Positions 1-10,041 are shown, counted from the stretch's first letter. The stretch is DNA of 64,000 nt from Candidatus Fermentibacterota bacterium (GCA_030592645.1 JAUVIR010000003.1:9279-73278), one strand, 5' to 3'. Program-made: numbers and translations. The notes: generated from the letters alone by a model not told the origin.

Positions 1-357
1 GCAGTGCGCCCTCCCCACAAGTGCCGGAATCAGGGTTGAATCGTAAACAAGTGAAGTCTGAAAATAGACAAGTGCTTCTTCCGTATTGTCTGTACAGGAC
101 CTTCCGAGCGCTCCCCAGGCCATGGCCGAACAGGAATCCAGTTCTACCGCTTTCCCGGCGTACTCCGATGCTTCATCGTGGTGCCCGAGAACGCTTGCGG
201 AAAATGCAAGGGCAGCCCATGCGTCCGAGCTTGCCGAATCGTCCGCAACGGCAGCCTCCGCCTGAGTGTAAGCGTCTTCCCAGTTGCCCGAAGAATAGTC
301 TTCCTGCCACCCGGTCAGGTGGATAGATGCAAGTACCGCTAGTAGAATGCAGTGCAT
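1..357 (-). CDS. Secreted TPR-like protein, partial (runs off window start)
   Basis: Not in ORF track; manual translation from ATG at 357 gives MHCILLAVLASIHLTGWQEDYSSGNWEDAYTQAEAAVADDSASSDAWAALAFSASVLGHHDEASEYAGKAVELDSCSAMAWGALG..., open to base 1, TPR-like pattern; starts just after the uppP stop. Confidence 0.75.
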   Translation of the reverse strand, partial: MHCILLAVLASIHLTGWQEDYSSGNWEDAYTQAEAAVADDSASSDAWAALAFSASVLGHHDEASEYAGKAVELDSCSAMAWGALGRSCTDNTEEALVYFQTSLVYDSTLIPALVGRAHC

Positions 358-358
358 C

Positions 359-1138
359 TCAGCCTCCCGCCAGAGAAACAGTCAGACCGCCGAGCCCCAG
401 GAGCCAGCAATACCAGGCGAAAATGGAGAATTTACCCTCTCTCAGAAATTTCAGCAGTACCCGCAGAGCGAGATAACCGGTAAGCGCGGAGATCACAAAT
501 CCGGTGATCATAAAAGAAGTATCTATACCGCCCGATCCGGCGTCCCCGAGTTTCAGGATTGCGGCACCGGCAATAGCGGGAATCGAGAGCATGAAAGAGA
601 AGCGGGCAGCCTTCTCTTTTTTAATCCCTTTGAGAAGACCTGTAGAAATGGTGAATCCTGATCGTGATATCCCCGGAAGCAGAGCGATTGCCTGGGAAAT
701 TCCTACAATGAAGCTTCCAGTAATGGTGGGGTTATCCCTGTCTCCGCTTTTCATGAACCTGGTGCTGAACAGGACGCAGCCTGTTACAAGCAGCATCACC
801 GATACCAGGACAGGGCTGTTAAAAGCTCTCTCGATGGAATCCGAAAGGAAAAACCCGGCCAGCGCAGCTGGAATGGAACCGATGATAAGCAGACCCGCCA
901 GGACAAGGGATTCTCTTTGTTTCCGAAACAGACCGGATACCAGCTCCGTAAGGTCTTTTCTGTATACAGCCAGTACCGCCATGAGTGTCCCCAGATGAAC
1001 CACGATCTCGAAAGTCATATCCCCTTCAGGGACGTTCATTATCATCCCTGCCAGAGCTAGATGACCAGAGCTTGAAACGGGAAGAAATTCGGTAAGCCCC
1101 TGGATGACTGCCAGCACAATGACGGCTAAAAGCGTCAC
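359..1138 (-). CDS. uppP: Undecaprenyl-diphosphate phosphatase (BacA/UppP)
   Basis: QGLTEFLPVSSSGHL and LLPGISRSG motifs; multiple TM helices. Confidence 0.97.
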   Translation of the reverse strand: MTLLAVIVLAVIQGLTEFLPVSSSGHLALAGMIMNVPEGDMTFEIVVHLGTLMAVLAVYRKDLTELVSGLFRKQRESLVLAGLLIIGSIPAALAGFFLSDSIERAFNSPVLVSVMLLVTGCVLFSTRFMKSGDRDNPTITGSFIVGISQAIALLPGISRSGFTISTGLLKGIKKEKAARFSFMLSIPAIAGAAILKLGDAGSGGIDTSFMITGFVISALTGYLALRVLLKFLREGKFSIFAWYCWLLGLGGLTVSLAGG

Positions 1139-2325
1139 TGTTCCAGAAATTCCCTGTGAAGCGCCCTCAGTGCTTCATCCCTCTTCCGAAGATGAACCAG
1201 CGCTGAAATGGTGGCGTGCGAGTCGACCGTCTGGAGCATATCGATGCCAGCCCGGTCAAGGGCAGAGGAGAACCTTGCCATAACACCTTGTATCCCATGC
1301 ATACCGGCTCCCACAATGGAAACCTTCGCGCAGGGAGATACTGTCTCGAAAACTATTCCGTTGCCGCCGAGGACTTCCGAAACCACTTTTTCATCCTCCA
1401 GCGAAACTGTGAACATGGCTGCCGCACTGAAAACACTGAACATATCCATCGATACGCCTGCAGCTGCGACAAGTCCGAAAGCGCGTGAATAGAATTCATG
1501 CATCGAATCGCTCTCTTCCGTGCTTATCCTGAACTGAACCGCATCAGATCCCGATGCCACCCCTGTTATGTACCTGCCGCTTCTGATGAAAAATGGTTCT
1601 ATCTCCGTTACCTTCTCCCCTGTACGATGAGACTTCACGCTTATCCTGATGCCGGCATCGCCTGCTATTTCTGAAGCTCTCGGATGCACTATCTCCGCCC
1701 CCTGCCAGGCCAGCTGCCGGAGGTCCTCAGCGCTTATCCTGTCTACCTTCAGAGCTCGTGGAACACTTTGCGGGTCTGCTGTGTATACCGAATCGATCTT
1801 TTTGAAGAGCATCAGCTCGCCTGCCCCGAGGGCTGCGGCTATCGCTGTCGCTGTGATATCACTGCCACCTCTTCCAAGTGTGGAGATCGTTCGATTGCTG
1901 CTCATTCCCTGGAAGCCGGCCACAACGACACAATCGTTCTCTTTCAGGGATGCATTGAGGTATTCTTTTTCGACCAGTTCGAGATCGGCACCGCAGTGCT
2001 GCTCATCGGTTCGCAGCCCGGCATTCCAGCCGGTTATAGCAGATGCTGCGATTCCCCTCTGCCTGAGCATATCCGCAAAAACAGCCGCTGATATTACTTC
2101 TCCGCATGCCATAAGACAGGATCTTTCATGCGGGATGGGAGCTGAAACAAGTTCCAGAAGGGTATCCGTTGAATATGGATCCCCTTTTCTACCCATTGCG
2201 GAAACCACAACAACAGCTTTTCGGTACGATGCAAGCTCGCTTATGCAGAGATCTACCGATCTTTGTCTGTCCTCCGCGATTGAAAGGCATGTTCCACCGA
2301 ACTTAATGACACAGAGGTCGTTCAC
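1135..2325 (-). CDS. dapG: Aspartate kinase, DapG-like, with C-terminal ACT domains
   Basis: KFGGT, VVVSAMGRKGDPYSTDTLL, TLGRGGSD, VYTADP, IVHPRA, KVSIVGAGM. Confidence 0.88.
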   Translation of the reverse strand: MNDLCVIKFGGTCLSIAEDRQRSVDLCISELASYRKAVVVVSAMGRKGDPYSTDTLLELVSAPIPHERSCLMACGEVISAAVFADMLRQRGIAASAITGWNAGLRTDEQHCGADLELVEKEYLNASLKENDCVVVAGFQGMSSNRTISTLGRGGSDITATAIAAALGAGELMLFKKIDSVYTADPQSVPRALKVDRISAEDLRQLAWQGAEIVHPRASEIAGDAGIRISVKSHRTGEKVTEIEPFFIRSGRYITGVASGSDAVQFRISTEESDSMHEFYSRAFGLVAAAGVSMDMFSVFSAAAMFTVSLEDEKVVSEVLGGNGIVFETVSPCAKVSIVGAGMHGIQGVMARFSSALDRAGIDMLQTVDSHATISALVHLRKRDEALRALHREFLEQ

Positions 2326-3377
2326 TTGTTACCCCCCTTTACTGATGCCATGACGAGTTCCATGAATTCCTTCCCGGTATCGTTCCAGTCGTTCATATTC
2401 TCGGCAAACATACGGCTTTTTTCTCCCATCTGCAGCCTCAGATCACTGTCCCTGATAAGGTTCTTAACAGCATCAGCAAGTTCCCCGGCGTTTCGGGGAT
2501 CCGTAAGAATTCCGCTCTCACCATCACGGACCAGTTCGGGTATGGCAGCGACATCCGAAGCGATTACAGGTAGTCCGTACCACATCCCATCGAGGATCGA
2601 CATGCCGAATGCTTCCCAGCTGGCGGGATGAACAAGAATATCCGCCTTCCGGTAAGCGATTACAAGATCATCGTGCGAAAGCTCCCCTGAAATCCTTATG
2701 GAATCTGAAAGGTTTTCTTCCTTTATCAAATCCAGAACGCCTGCTGAGTACTCTGCGTCAGATTCAGTACTTCCTGCGAATTGGGCTTCGAAGCTTCCAG
2801 GCTCAAGACGGGCGCAAGCCTTAACCAGCAGATGCTGAGCCTTCCTTGGAGAAATACTGCCCACGCAGAGTAATCTGACAGGTCCGTCCCGCAGGGAACG
2901 ATCCGGCAGAGGCCTCGGGTCTTTCTCAAAACCGGGGTTTATCATCATGATCCGTTCCGATGGAATTCCCATGTCTTCTATTGCTTCGGTGGTGTTTCTG
3001 CTGTTCGTCCATATCTTTCGCGCCATTGAAAGGAGCCATCTTACATACACTCTATACATGAATGACTTGAGTTTATTCCGAAGGTCCATCCATTCAAGAT
3101 GATGCATGAGGTACAGAACGGGTATACCTGCGAATGTGCTCATAAGGCGGAGCAGCGGCACATATTGATAACTCTTGCTCACAATTACAAGATCAGGCTT
3201 CTTCTTCCGGATCTCTCTGCAGATGTATCTGGACGCACTGAACCATTTCAAAGGAAGGCCGGATGGTACAGTTGTGAAGTGGATTACCTCCACTGTGACA
3301 CCATGGGACCTGAGGTATGCAGCCATTCTGAAGTTGAAACCGTAACCTCCAGAATGGAAATCCTTTTTGCCGAGCAT
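2322..3377 (-). CDS. Glycosyltransferase family 4 (GT-B)
   Basis: CVGSISPRKAQ, ADILVHPASWEAFGMSILDGM, GLPVIASD; start uncertain. Confidence 0.9.
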   Translation of the reverse strand: MLGKKDFHSGGYGFNFRMAAYLRSHGVTVEVIHFTTVPSGLPLKWFSASRYICREIRKKKPDLVIVSKSYQYVPLLRLMSTFAGIPVLYLMHHLEWMDLRNKLKSFMYRVYVRWLLSMARKIWTNSRNTTEAIEDMGIPSERIMMINPGFEKDPRPLPDRSLRDGPVRLLCVGSISPRKAQHLLVKACARLEPGSFEAQFAGSTESDAEYSAGVLDLIKEENLSDSIRISGELSHDDLVIAYRKADILVHPASWEAFGMSILDGMWYGLPVIASDVAAIPELVRDGESGILTDPRNAGELADAVKNLIRDSDLRLQMGEKSRMFAENMNDWNDTGKEFMELVMASVKGGNK

Positions 3378-3536
3378 AACGAAGACAACACTGCAGGGAA
3401 TGAGCGTATCCTTTCAAATGTGTGATATCCTGAATGCTTCCTGAAAACCAAGTATACTGCCCCCAAGGCCACACTGTCATAATGTATCAAAGTAAAACCT
3501 CCTTAATTGCCGAGCAGCAAATCCCAGACACAGGGA

Positions 3537-3576
3537 TTGACGATTTCTGAATACACTATATTATTGAATATATTCA
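3537..3576 (+). promoter_or_regulatory. Putative sigma70 promoter with adjacent palindrome (candidate TetR operator)
   Basis: TTGACG 3537-3542, 16 bp, TATTAT 3559-3564; perfect palindrome TGAATATATTCA 3565-3576; RBS GGAGG 3582-3586. Confidence 0.6.
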
Positions 3577-3592
3577 TATTTGGAGGTTGTTC

Positions 3593-4207
3593 ATGGGACT
3601 TAGGGAGATAAAGAAGGAGCGCGCTCGAAGGGCGATACTGGAGACAGCCAGAGAGATGTTCTTCAGCCACGGTTTTAATGGAACCACAATAGAGGCAATT
3701 GCCCGGAAGGCTGAAGTAGCGGTTGGCACCGTTTACAATTACTTCGATTCGAAGAGTACCCTGATCCTGGCAATTACCGCCGAGGACACATCAACGCTTC
3801 TGGACAGGAAGTTTCAGATCCGTGAATCCTGTACGGGATGTGAAAGTGTGAAGCTTTACATAAATACTCTTATGGAGAACCTCTCCATGTATCCGAAGAG
3901 ACTTCTGCGGGAATTGATGCGGGAAGGCTGGCGCACTGATACTACCCTGAGCAAAGGGTTTATCAACCAGGATCTTACACTTCTGGACGGCCTTGCCGGA
4001 GTACTCCGGGAGCTAGGTGCAAAGCAGAAGATCGAACCCGCCACGGATATCGAACACGCATCACTGGCTATATACGGAATCATCACTACCGCCCTGATGT
4101 GGTACGCCTCCGACGAGGAAAGAACCTCAATACAAATGCTTGAATCCCTTGAGAAAATGCTTGAGATCCTGTTCCGGGGTCTGAACTCCGAAGGGAGAGA
4201 TCGATGA
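3593..4207 (+). CDS. TetR/AcrR family regulator
   Basis: ILETAREMF..GFNGTTIEAIARKAEVAVGTVYNYFDSK HTH; start moved to ATG 3593 after GGAGG. Confidence 0.95.
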   Translation: MGLREIKKERARRAILETAREMFFSHGFNGTTIEAIARKAEVAVGTVYNYFDSKSTLILAITAEDTSTLLDRKFQIRESCTGCESVKLYINTLMENLSMYPKRLLRELMREGWRTDTTLSKGFINQDLTLLDGLAGVLRELGAKQKIEPATDIEHASLAIYGIITTALMWYASDEERTSIQMLESLEKMLEILFRGLNSEGRDR

Positions 4208-4968
4208 AATCATTTCTTCTACTTCTGTGCCTCTCAATCATCCCGGGCATTATCAGCAGCGGGCTCTGCCAGCCGCCGATAGATGAACTGGTGCATTCGC
4301 TGGATCAGCTTTACAGAAGCGATGACAGTTACGCTGAAATGTCGATGCATATTGTAACTCCGCACTGGGAAAGAATACTGACGATGAAGGCATGGTCTCA
4401 TGGAATTGATAAGACCTTCATCAGGATACTCTCCCCGGCAAGGGAAGCTGGAATGGCATCCCTCAGGATTGGTGCCGAAATGTGGAATTACCTTCCAAAC
4501 ACCAGCAGCACCGTGAGGATACCGCCATCAATGATGGCCGGTTCATGGATGGGATCTGACATCACGAACAACGATATAGTCCGAGAAATCACATACGTGA
4601 ATGATTACACATACTCTTACACGACAGATACGACCCTGACCGATGCTCAGACGGATGGTGTTGTGTACATCGAACTGTTTCCGAAATCGTCCACTGCTGT
4701 AGTCTGGTCCAGCATCGTGTTCGCAGTCAGAATCGAAGATACAATGCCTCTGTGGGAAAAATACTACGACAGCCATGGAGATCTGATCAAAACAGTGACC
4801 TACTCGGATGTGCAGGAAATGGACGGCAGAACAATCCCCGCACAGATGCAGGTTATCCCGGCAGACAAAGAGGGGCAGAGCACAACCATCACCTGGTCTC
4901 ATGCTGAATTCAACCGTGGTCTGGACAGTAGCATCTTTTCACTGAGCAACCTGCAGTCCAGCGACTGA
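4204..4968 (+). CDS. LolA-like 'outer membrane lipoprotein-sorting' protein
   Basis: Signal peptide; KTFIRILSPAREAG, MWNYLP, SMMAGSWMGSDITNND, IFSLSNL. Confidence 0.85.
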   Translation: MKSFLLLLCLSIIPGIISSGLCQPPIDELVHSLDQLYRSDDSYAEMSMHIVTPHWERILTMKAWSHGIDKTFIRILSPAREAGMASLRIGAEMWNYLPNTSSTVRIPPSMMAGSWMGSDITNNDIVREITYVNDYTYSYTTDTTLTDAQTDGVVYIELFPKSSTAVVWSSIVFAVRIEDTMPLWEKYYDSHGDLIKTVTYSDVQEMDGRTIPAQMQVIPADKEGQSTTITWSHAEFNRGLDSSIFSLSNLQSSD

Positions 4969-4969
4969 T

Positions 4970-6235
4970 ATGCTTCTGAAGCTCGCCTGGAGAAATGTTT
5001 TCCGGCAGAAAAGACGGACTATCCTGACCCTTCTGACCATGACCGGCGGTTTCTTTCTCTCTTCCTTTTCAATAGGGTGGATGGACGGCTCGTACAGCAG
5101 CATAATTATGTTCTTCACAAACAATAGGACCGGTCAGATCCAGGTTCACCGCGAAGGTTATCTGGAAGACCCGTCCATCTATTCGACGATCAGCGATTAT
5201 CAAACGGTGGGAGCCTTCCTGGATTCAATCCCGGGGGTCAGAGGATGGGCACCCAGGATATACTCCGGAGCTCTCCTTGCTGTCAGACCCCGGAGGCCTG
5301 GTTCAGGTAACGTATTCTCGAATTCAGCGGCTGCTTCTGTAATTGGTATTGACCCTGCAATGGAGGAGGCAGCCACAAATTTCTCCGATAGAATAGTGAG
5401 CGGAGAAATGTTGACGGCTTCCGCGGCTGACACTTCCTACACCGCCACCGGCCGGATCGTACTTGGAAAAGAACTCTCCATAATTCTTGAGGCTTCAGTT
5501 GGTGATTCCCTTGTCATGCTGACGCAGGCCGCAGACGGCAGCAGCGCTGACCGGATGTACGTTATCTGCGGCATAGTAAGCACCGGCAATGCAGATATCG
5601 ATAGAAATACATGCTATATAACCCTGTCCGATGCCCAGATCCTTTTCGCCCTTGAGGGTAAAGCGCACGAGATAGCGGTCATGACCGCTTCGCTGGGTAC
5701 AGTCGATGAACTCACATTGGATATTTCGGCAGGGCTTTCCGGAAGAGATCTTGAAACCGATTCCTGGAAAACATTCGCCAGGGAATTCTACAACGGCATG
5801 AAGGCCGATGAGGACAGCCTGAAAGTAACGATCTTCATTATTGTACTTGTAGCCGCCATGGGAGTGCTCAATACAATTCTCATGATGGTTCTCGAACGAA
5901 GGCGGGAATTCGGTGTAATGAAAGCTCTTGGAACAAGACCGGGCTTCATTATCAGAATGATCGTACTGGAAGCGAACATCATGGGTATCATAAGCGTGAT
6001 TGCGGGCGGAATCCTCAGTACGGCCGCTCTATTCTACTTTTCAGAACATGGCCTGGTTATGGATCCGCCCCTGGATTACGGAGGTACCGTCTTCCGTGAA
6101 ATGATAGCATCAATAACACCGGAATGCTACTGGATCCCCGCCATTTGTGTGATCATTACAGCCTCGACCGTCAGTTTCATCCCTGCGCTGAAGGCTGCCC
6201 ACACAAAAGCCGCAAAAACTCTGAGGAAGGTCTGA
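4970..6235 (+). CDS. ABC permease, LolC/E-FtsX/MacB type
   Basis: LAWRNVFRQKRRT; NTILMMVLERRREFGVMKALG; large periplasmic loop. Confidence 0.93.
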   Translation: MLLKLAWRNVFRQKRRTILTLLTMTGGFFLSSFSIGWMDGSYSSIIMFFTNNRTGQIQVHREGYLEDPSIYSTISDYQTVGAFLDSIPGVRGWAPRIYSGALLAVRPRRPGSGNVFSNSAAASVIGIDPAMEEAATNFSDRIVSGEMLTASAADTSYTATGRIVLGKELSIILEASVGDSLVMLTQAADGSSADRMYVICGIVSTGNADIDRNTCYITLSDAQILFALEGKAHEIAVMTASLGTVDELTLDISAGLSGRDLETDSWKTFAREFYNGMKADEDSLKVTIFIIVLVAAMGVLNTILMMVLERRREFGVMKALGTRPGFIIRMIVLEANIMGIISVIAGGILSTAALFYFSEHGLVMDPPLDYGGTVFREMIASITPECYWIPAICVIITASTVSFIPALKAAHTKAAKTLRKV

Positions 6236-6236
6236 T

Positions 6237-7460
6237 ATGTTCATCAGGCTTGTAAAGTTCGCCTGGAAGATCATCTGCAGGAATCGCAGGAGAACTGTGA
6301 TCACCGGGCTCGCAGTCGGGCTTGGCCTCGGCTCAATGATTTTCACGGAAGCTCTGATGCAGGGAATGAGCGCGCACATGATAGATACAACAACCGAATC
6401 GTGGATGGGGGACGCTCAGATCCATAGAAATGGTTTTCTCGACACCCGGAACATCAACCTGATAATCAAAAGACCCGATTCCACACTTTCCATGCTTGAA
6501 CTGGATTCAACGGTCACCTCCTGCACACCAAGGATACTCTCCCCCGCCTCGGCAACATCAACAACAGAACTGAAACCGGTTACCCTGATCGGCGTTGACA
6601 TTGAAACAGACCCGGAAGTGACTATGCTGGAAGCCGCGATAGATTCGGGATACTACCTGAGCGGGGACAGCACAGAACTCATTATCGGATACAAACTGGC
6701 ATTGGACCTGAACGCAGGGCTTGGAGATGTAATAGTTATCACCGTTGCACAGGCCGGCAGCGGGCTTTCGAGCAGTATGTTCTTCGTCTCGGGTATATGC
6801 CATTTCGGCAATGACAATCTCGACAGGTATTCCGCTTTCGTGAATCTCTCTGCCGCAGGAAGGATGCTCGGTATACAGGGGGAAATCCATGAAATCGCTG
6901 TCAAATTCCCACAGGCGGAAATGGGAGCAGATACTTCCCTTGGATTCTGGAACAAATTCTCGGTTTTCGGCAACACTGCCCTGGGGTGGCCGGACCTGGC
7001 ACCGCAAATCGGCTCTCTGCTCAGCATGGTTGATGTAAGTATGTCAATAATGGCTGCGATTCTTTTCGGTCTGGTCGTTTTCGGAATAGTAAATTCCCTG
7101 TTCATGTCCGTATATGAGCGGATGTACGAATTCGGGGTTATGAAGGCCGTAGGAACAAGAACGGGAACAATAACCGTCATGGTGATCCTTGAAGCTTTCT
7201 GGATAGCGGTCATCAGTACTGTAATAGGAATTGCCATCGGCCTGCTGATAATATGGATAACCTCAAAGACAGGCATTAACTTCGGGGATATGGAAGTATC
7301 GGGTGTCACGATTAACAAACCGATATTCCCGGTACTGACCCTCGGCCGGGTATGGATATATCCCCTTTCCACTCTGATTCTCACTACAGCTGCAGGAATC
7401 TATCCGGGGATTCACGCCGGCAGGCTGAACCCGGCGGAGGCGATGCGAAAAAGTTTATAG
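6237..7460 (+). CDS. ABC permease, LolC/E-FtsX/MacB type
   Basis: RNRRRTVIT; NSLFMSVYERMYEFGVMKAVG; C-terminal LNPAEAMR. Confidence 0.93.
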   Translation: MFIRLVKFAWKIICRNRRRTVITGLAVGLGLGSMIFTEALMQGMSAHMIDTTTESWMGDAQIHRNGFLDTRNINLIIKRPDSTLSMLELDSTVTSCTPRILSPASATSTTELKPVTLIGVDIETDPEVTMLEAAIDSGYYLSGDSTELIIGYKLALDLNAGLGDVIVITVAQAGSGLSSSMFFVSGICHFGNDNLDRYSAFVNLSAAGRMLGIQGEIHEIAVKFPQAEMGADTSLGFWNKFSVFGNTALGWPDLAPQIGSLLSMVDVSMSIMAAILFGLVVFGIVNSLFMSVYERMYEFGVMKAVGTRTGTITVMVILEAFWIAVISTVIGIAIGLLIIWITSKTGINFGDMEVSGVTINKPIFPVLTLGRVWIYPLSTLILTTAAGIYPGIHAGRLNPAEAMRKSL

Positions 7461-7475
7461 ATCATGGAGATGTAT

Positions 7476-8180
7476 ATGACTGATAATAATGTGATAGTTG
7501 CAAAGGGCATTGTTAAGACCTACGATGATTCCGGAGTCCCGGTTCATGCGGTAAGGGGTATAGACTACACCCTTGAGAAGGGTGAATTCACCGCCATAAT
7601 CGGTCCATCCGGTTCGGGAAAAACGACCTTTCTGAATGTTCTCGCCGGACTCGATACACCCACAGAGGGTAAGGTATGGCTCTCCGGGAATCTGATATCC
7701 GATATGAGCGGAAAGGAGCTCTCAGACTTCAGAAGGGATCATATAGGTTTCATTTTCCAGGCTTACAACCTGTTCCCGGTACTCACCGTAGAGGAGAATG
7801 TTGAATACGTAATGCTGCTTCAGGGTGTTCCTCATGCAGAACGTCACAACAGGGTTATGAACATTCTGGAGAAAGTGGGTATCGCCGAATACGCCGGCAG
7901 GCTCCCCATGCAGCTTTCAGGCGGTCAGCAGCAAAGGGTGGCTGTAGCCAGAGCGATGGTCTCCCGTCCCTCCCTCGTCATCGCCGATGAGCCCACCGCA
8001 AACCTGGATTCAAAAACCAGCGGTGCTCTTCTTGATATGATGCGGCAGCTGAACGAGGATACGGGCATGACCTTCCTCTTCTCAACCCACGATGAGATTG
8101 TAATGAGAAGGGCAAGAAAGATAGTTATTCTGCGGGACGGAAAAATCGACGGAAAAGCATCCCCGGAAGAGATCAAGTGA
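7476..8180 (+). CDS. ABC ATPase, LolD-like
   Basis: GPSGSGKTT, IGFIFQAYNL, LSGGQQQRVAVARA, ADEPTANLD, STHD. Confidence 0.96.
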   Translation: MTDNNVIVAKGIVKTYDDSGVPVHAVRGIDYTLEKGEFTAIIGPSGSGKTTFLNVLAGLDTPTEGKVWLSGNLISDMSGKELSDFRRDHIGFIFQAYNLFPVLTVEENVEYVMLLQGVPHAERHNRVMNILEKVGIAEYAGRLPMQLSGGQQQRVAVARAMVSRPSLVIADEPTANLDSKTSGALLDMMRQLNEDTGMTFLFSTHDEIVMRRARKIVILRDGKIDGKASPEEIK

Positions 8181-9367
8181 AACTATCCGTCACCGGTCTG
8201 CTCCTTCTGACACTTTTTGCAGGAACAACCGCAAGGGCTGCTGAATTGTTCGGCACTCTGAAGCCGAAGTTTTCAATAACGGATCAACCTATTCCCGATT
8301 CTTCCTTAACATATACATTCCAGGTGCCCCTGATGCTCATGGTTCGTCACAGGGCAGGCAGTCTGAATTTTAACGCCGCCTGGATACTCTCTCCTTCGGG
8401 CGGGAATCCGGCACTCAGCGGGGAAAATGATGTTCAGGTTTTCAGGCTTGCAGACCCGGAAACCAGAATATTCCCTTCCTCATGGAACGGTGATGAATCT
8501 TTCAGCATCCTTCAGGATATCGACAGGCTGAACGTCAGGCTGAGAGTTTCAGGAGCAGCACTGACAATCGGAAGACAGGCAGTTTACTGGGGTGTAGCAA
8601 AATCCGTCAGCCCGACTGATTTCATCGCCCCCTTCCAGTACGGTACCCAGGATACGGAGTACAGAATCGGTGTAGATGCAGCAAGAGCAGTTGTGTCCAT
8701 CGGCATAATGTCCGAGCTGGATGCGGGTTACCTTTTCGGGAAGGATGCGGAATTTTCAAACAGCGGCTGCTGGCTTCGTGGCAGATTCTACTTATTCAAG
8801 ACCGATGCAACCCTTCTTGCAGCCTGCTTCAGGGAGAACCTCATGATTGGCGCAAGCCTGAACCGCTCTCTTGGAGGTGGAACTGGATGGGTGGAATGCG
8901 CCTTCGTATCAACAGAGTTCTTCTCAGACAATCCCGGTGAAGATACCTACTGGAGCCTTTCAACAGGATACGACAGGAGCTGGCTGAACGCTGCATTGTA
9001 CGGATTTCTGGAATACCATTTCAGCTCCCCGGGAACCGATGATCCGGAGAACTATCCCATAGCCCCAGCGGGCAGCGCCTTCGGGAGCGGCGGCATCTAC
9101 CTCCTGGGGAAACACTATATAAGCCCGGGGGCAAGCTGGAGTGTAACACCACTTCTTAACTTCACAGGTCAAGCGCTTGTCAACCTTACCGACGGGTCTG
9201 CTTTCCTTTCTGTAACCTCAGAATACAGCACTTCTCAGAATACCGTTATAAATGCCGGATTATCCCGGGGGCTGGGAAGCATTACAAATGATGCTGCAGG
9301 AGATGCAGGCTCCGAATTCGGAACCTGGCCAGCACATTATTCCCTTTCAGCAGGCTACTATTTCTGA
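8177..9367 (+). CDS. Putative outer-membrane beta-barrel protein
   Basis: Signal peptide; LTIGRQAVYWG, alternating beta strands, terminal YYF; GTGA overlap with ATPase stop. Confidence 0.75.
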   Translation: MKLSVTGLLLLTLFAGTTARAAELFGTLKPKFSITDQPIPDSSLTYTFQVPLMLMVRHRAGSLNFNAAWILSPSGGNPALSGENDVQVFRLADPETRIFPSSWNGDESFSILQDIDRLNVRLRVSGAALTIGRQAVYWGVAKSVSPTDFIAPFQYGTQDTEYRIGVDAARAVVSIGIMSELDAGYLFGKDAEFSNSGCWLRGRFYLFKTDATLLAACFRENLMIGASLNRSLGGGTGWVECAFVSTEFFSDNPGEDTYWSLSTGYDRSWLNAALYGFLEYHFSSPGTDDPENYPIAPAGSAFGSGGIYLLGKHYISPGASWSVTPLLNFTGQALVNLTDGSAFLSVTSEYSTSQNTVINAGLSRGLGSITNDAAGDAGSEFGTWPAHYSLSAGYYF

Positions 9368-9379
9368 TAAGTGAGTTTA

Positions 9380-9408
9380 TCCTGAGCGAGCGTTCGCGAG
9401 TCGAAGGG
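9380..9408 (+). repeat. REP-like element of the CCTGAGCG...GTCGAAGG type
   Basis: TCCTGAGCGAGCGTTCGCGAGTCGAAGGG resembles a recurrent extragenic repeat family (from recall); single copy in window. Confidence 0.55.
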
Positions 9409-9427
9409 AATCCACTCAGGGGTACCA
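9408..9427 (+). repeat. tRNA 3'-end fragment copy 1 (att-like)
   Basis: GAATCCACTCAGGGGTACCA, identical to 10222-10241. Confidence 0.85.
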
Positions 9428-9492
9428 AATAGAAAGCACCGCAGCACCGGAACCACTTTGACATTTATCATAGCCTGGAGTAATAATATAAG

Positions 9493-10041
9493 ATGCTAAA
9501 ATATTTTCTGATTCTCCAACTTCTGACTTCAGTTCCGGTTTTCTGTGGTGAGTTGCGATTCGGACCTAGACTAGGTTTACTTATGCCAGACAGAATCAAC
9601 GATTCACGCACTAATCCCGGTACAGGATTGTACTGGGGCATTTCTGTTGAATATGCATTTACCCCCTTATTTGCTGTAGATTTTACAACTGGTGCAGCTC
9701 TCGGAATGGGTGAACCGAGAGGGATTCCTATTCCCTGCCTTCCGAGTTTTTCGAATGAAGATGCTGATTATTATGCAACTAACCTAACTCTATCTGTTAA
9801 TCCTGCTGCTCTCAGCCTTGCTGCCGGTATCGCTTACTATTACATCAGAATGGACTGGGACCAGACTCTGATCGGGGAGAACACTGAATGGAAAACAATC
9901 GAGCTGAACAAGCTAGGATATTGTTTCTCAATTGGAATTGAACCCATCAGGAATGTCAGTATAGATTTTACCTTCAATTATCCCGATCTCGAACATATCT
10001 GGGGTGTTTTAAGCATCACGACGATGCCTTTTAAGTTATGA
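9493..10041 (+). CDS. Small secreted protein, probable outer-membrane beta-barrel
   Basis: Signal peptide; amphipathic strands FGPRLGLLMP, GLYWGISVEYAF, YCFSIGIE; AT-richer than flanks. Confidence 0.65.
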   Translation: MLKYFLILQLLTSVPVFCGELRFGPRLGLLMPDRINDSRTNPGTGLYWGISVEYAFTPLFAVDFTTGAALGMGEPRGIPIPCLPSFSNEDADYYATNLTLSVNPAALSLAAGIAYYYIRMDWDQTLIGENTEWKTIELNKLGYCFSIGIEPIRNVSIDFTFNYPDLEHIWGVLSITTMPFKL

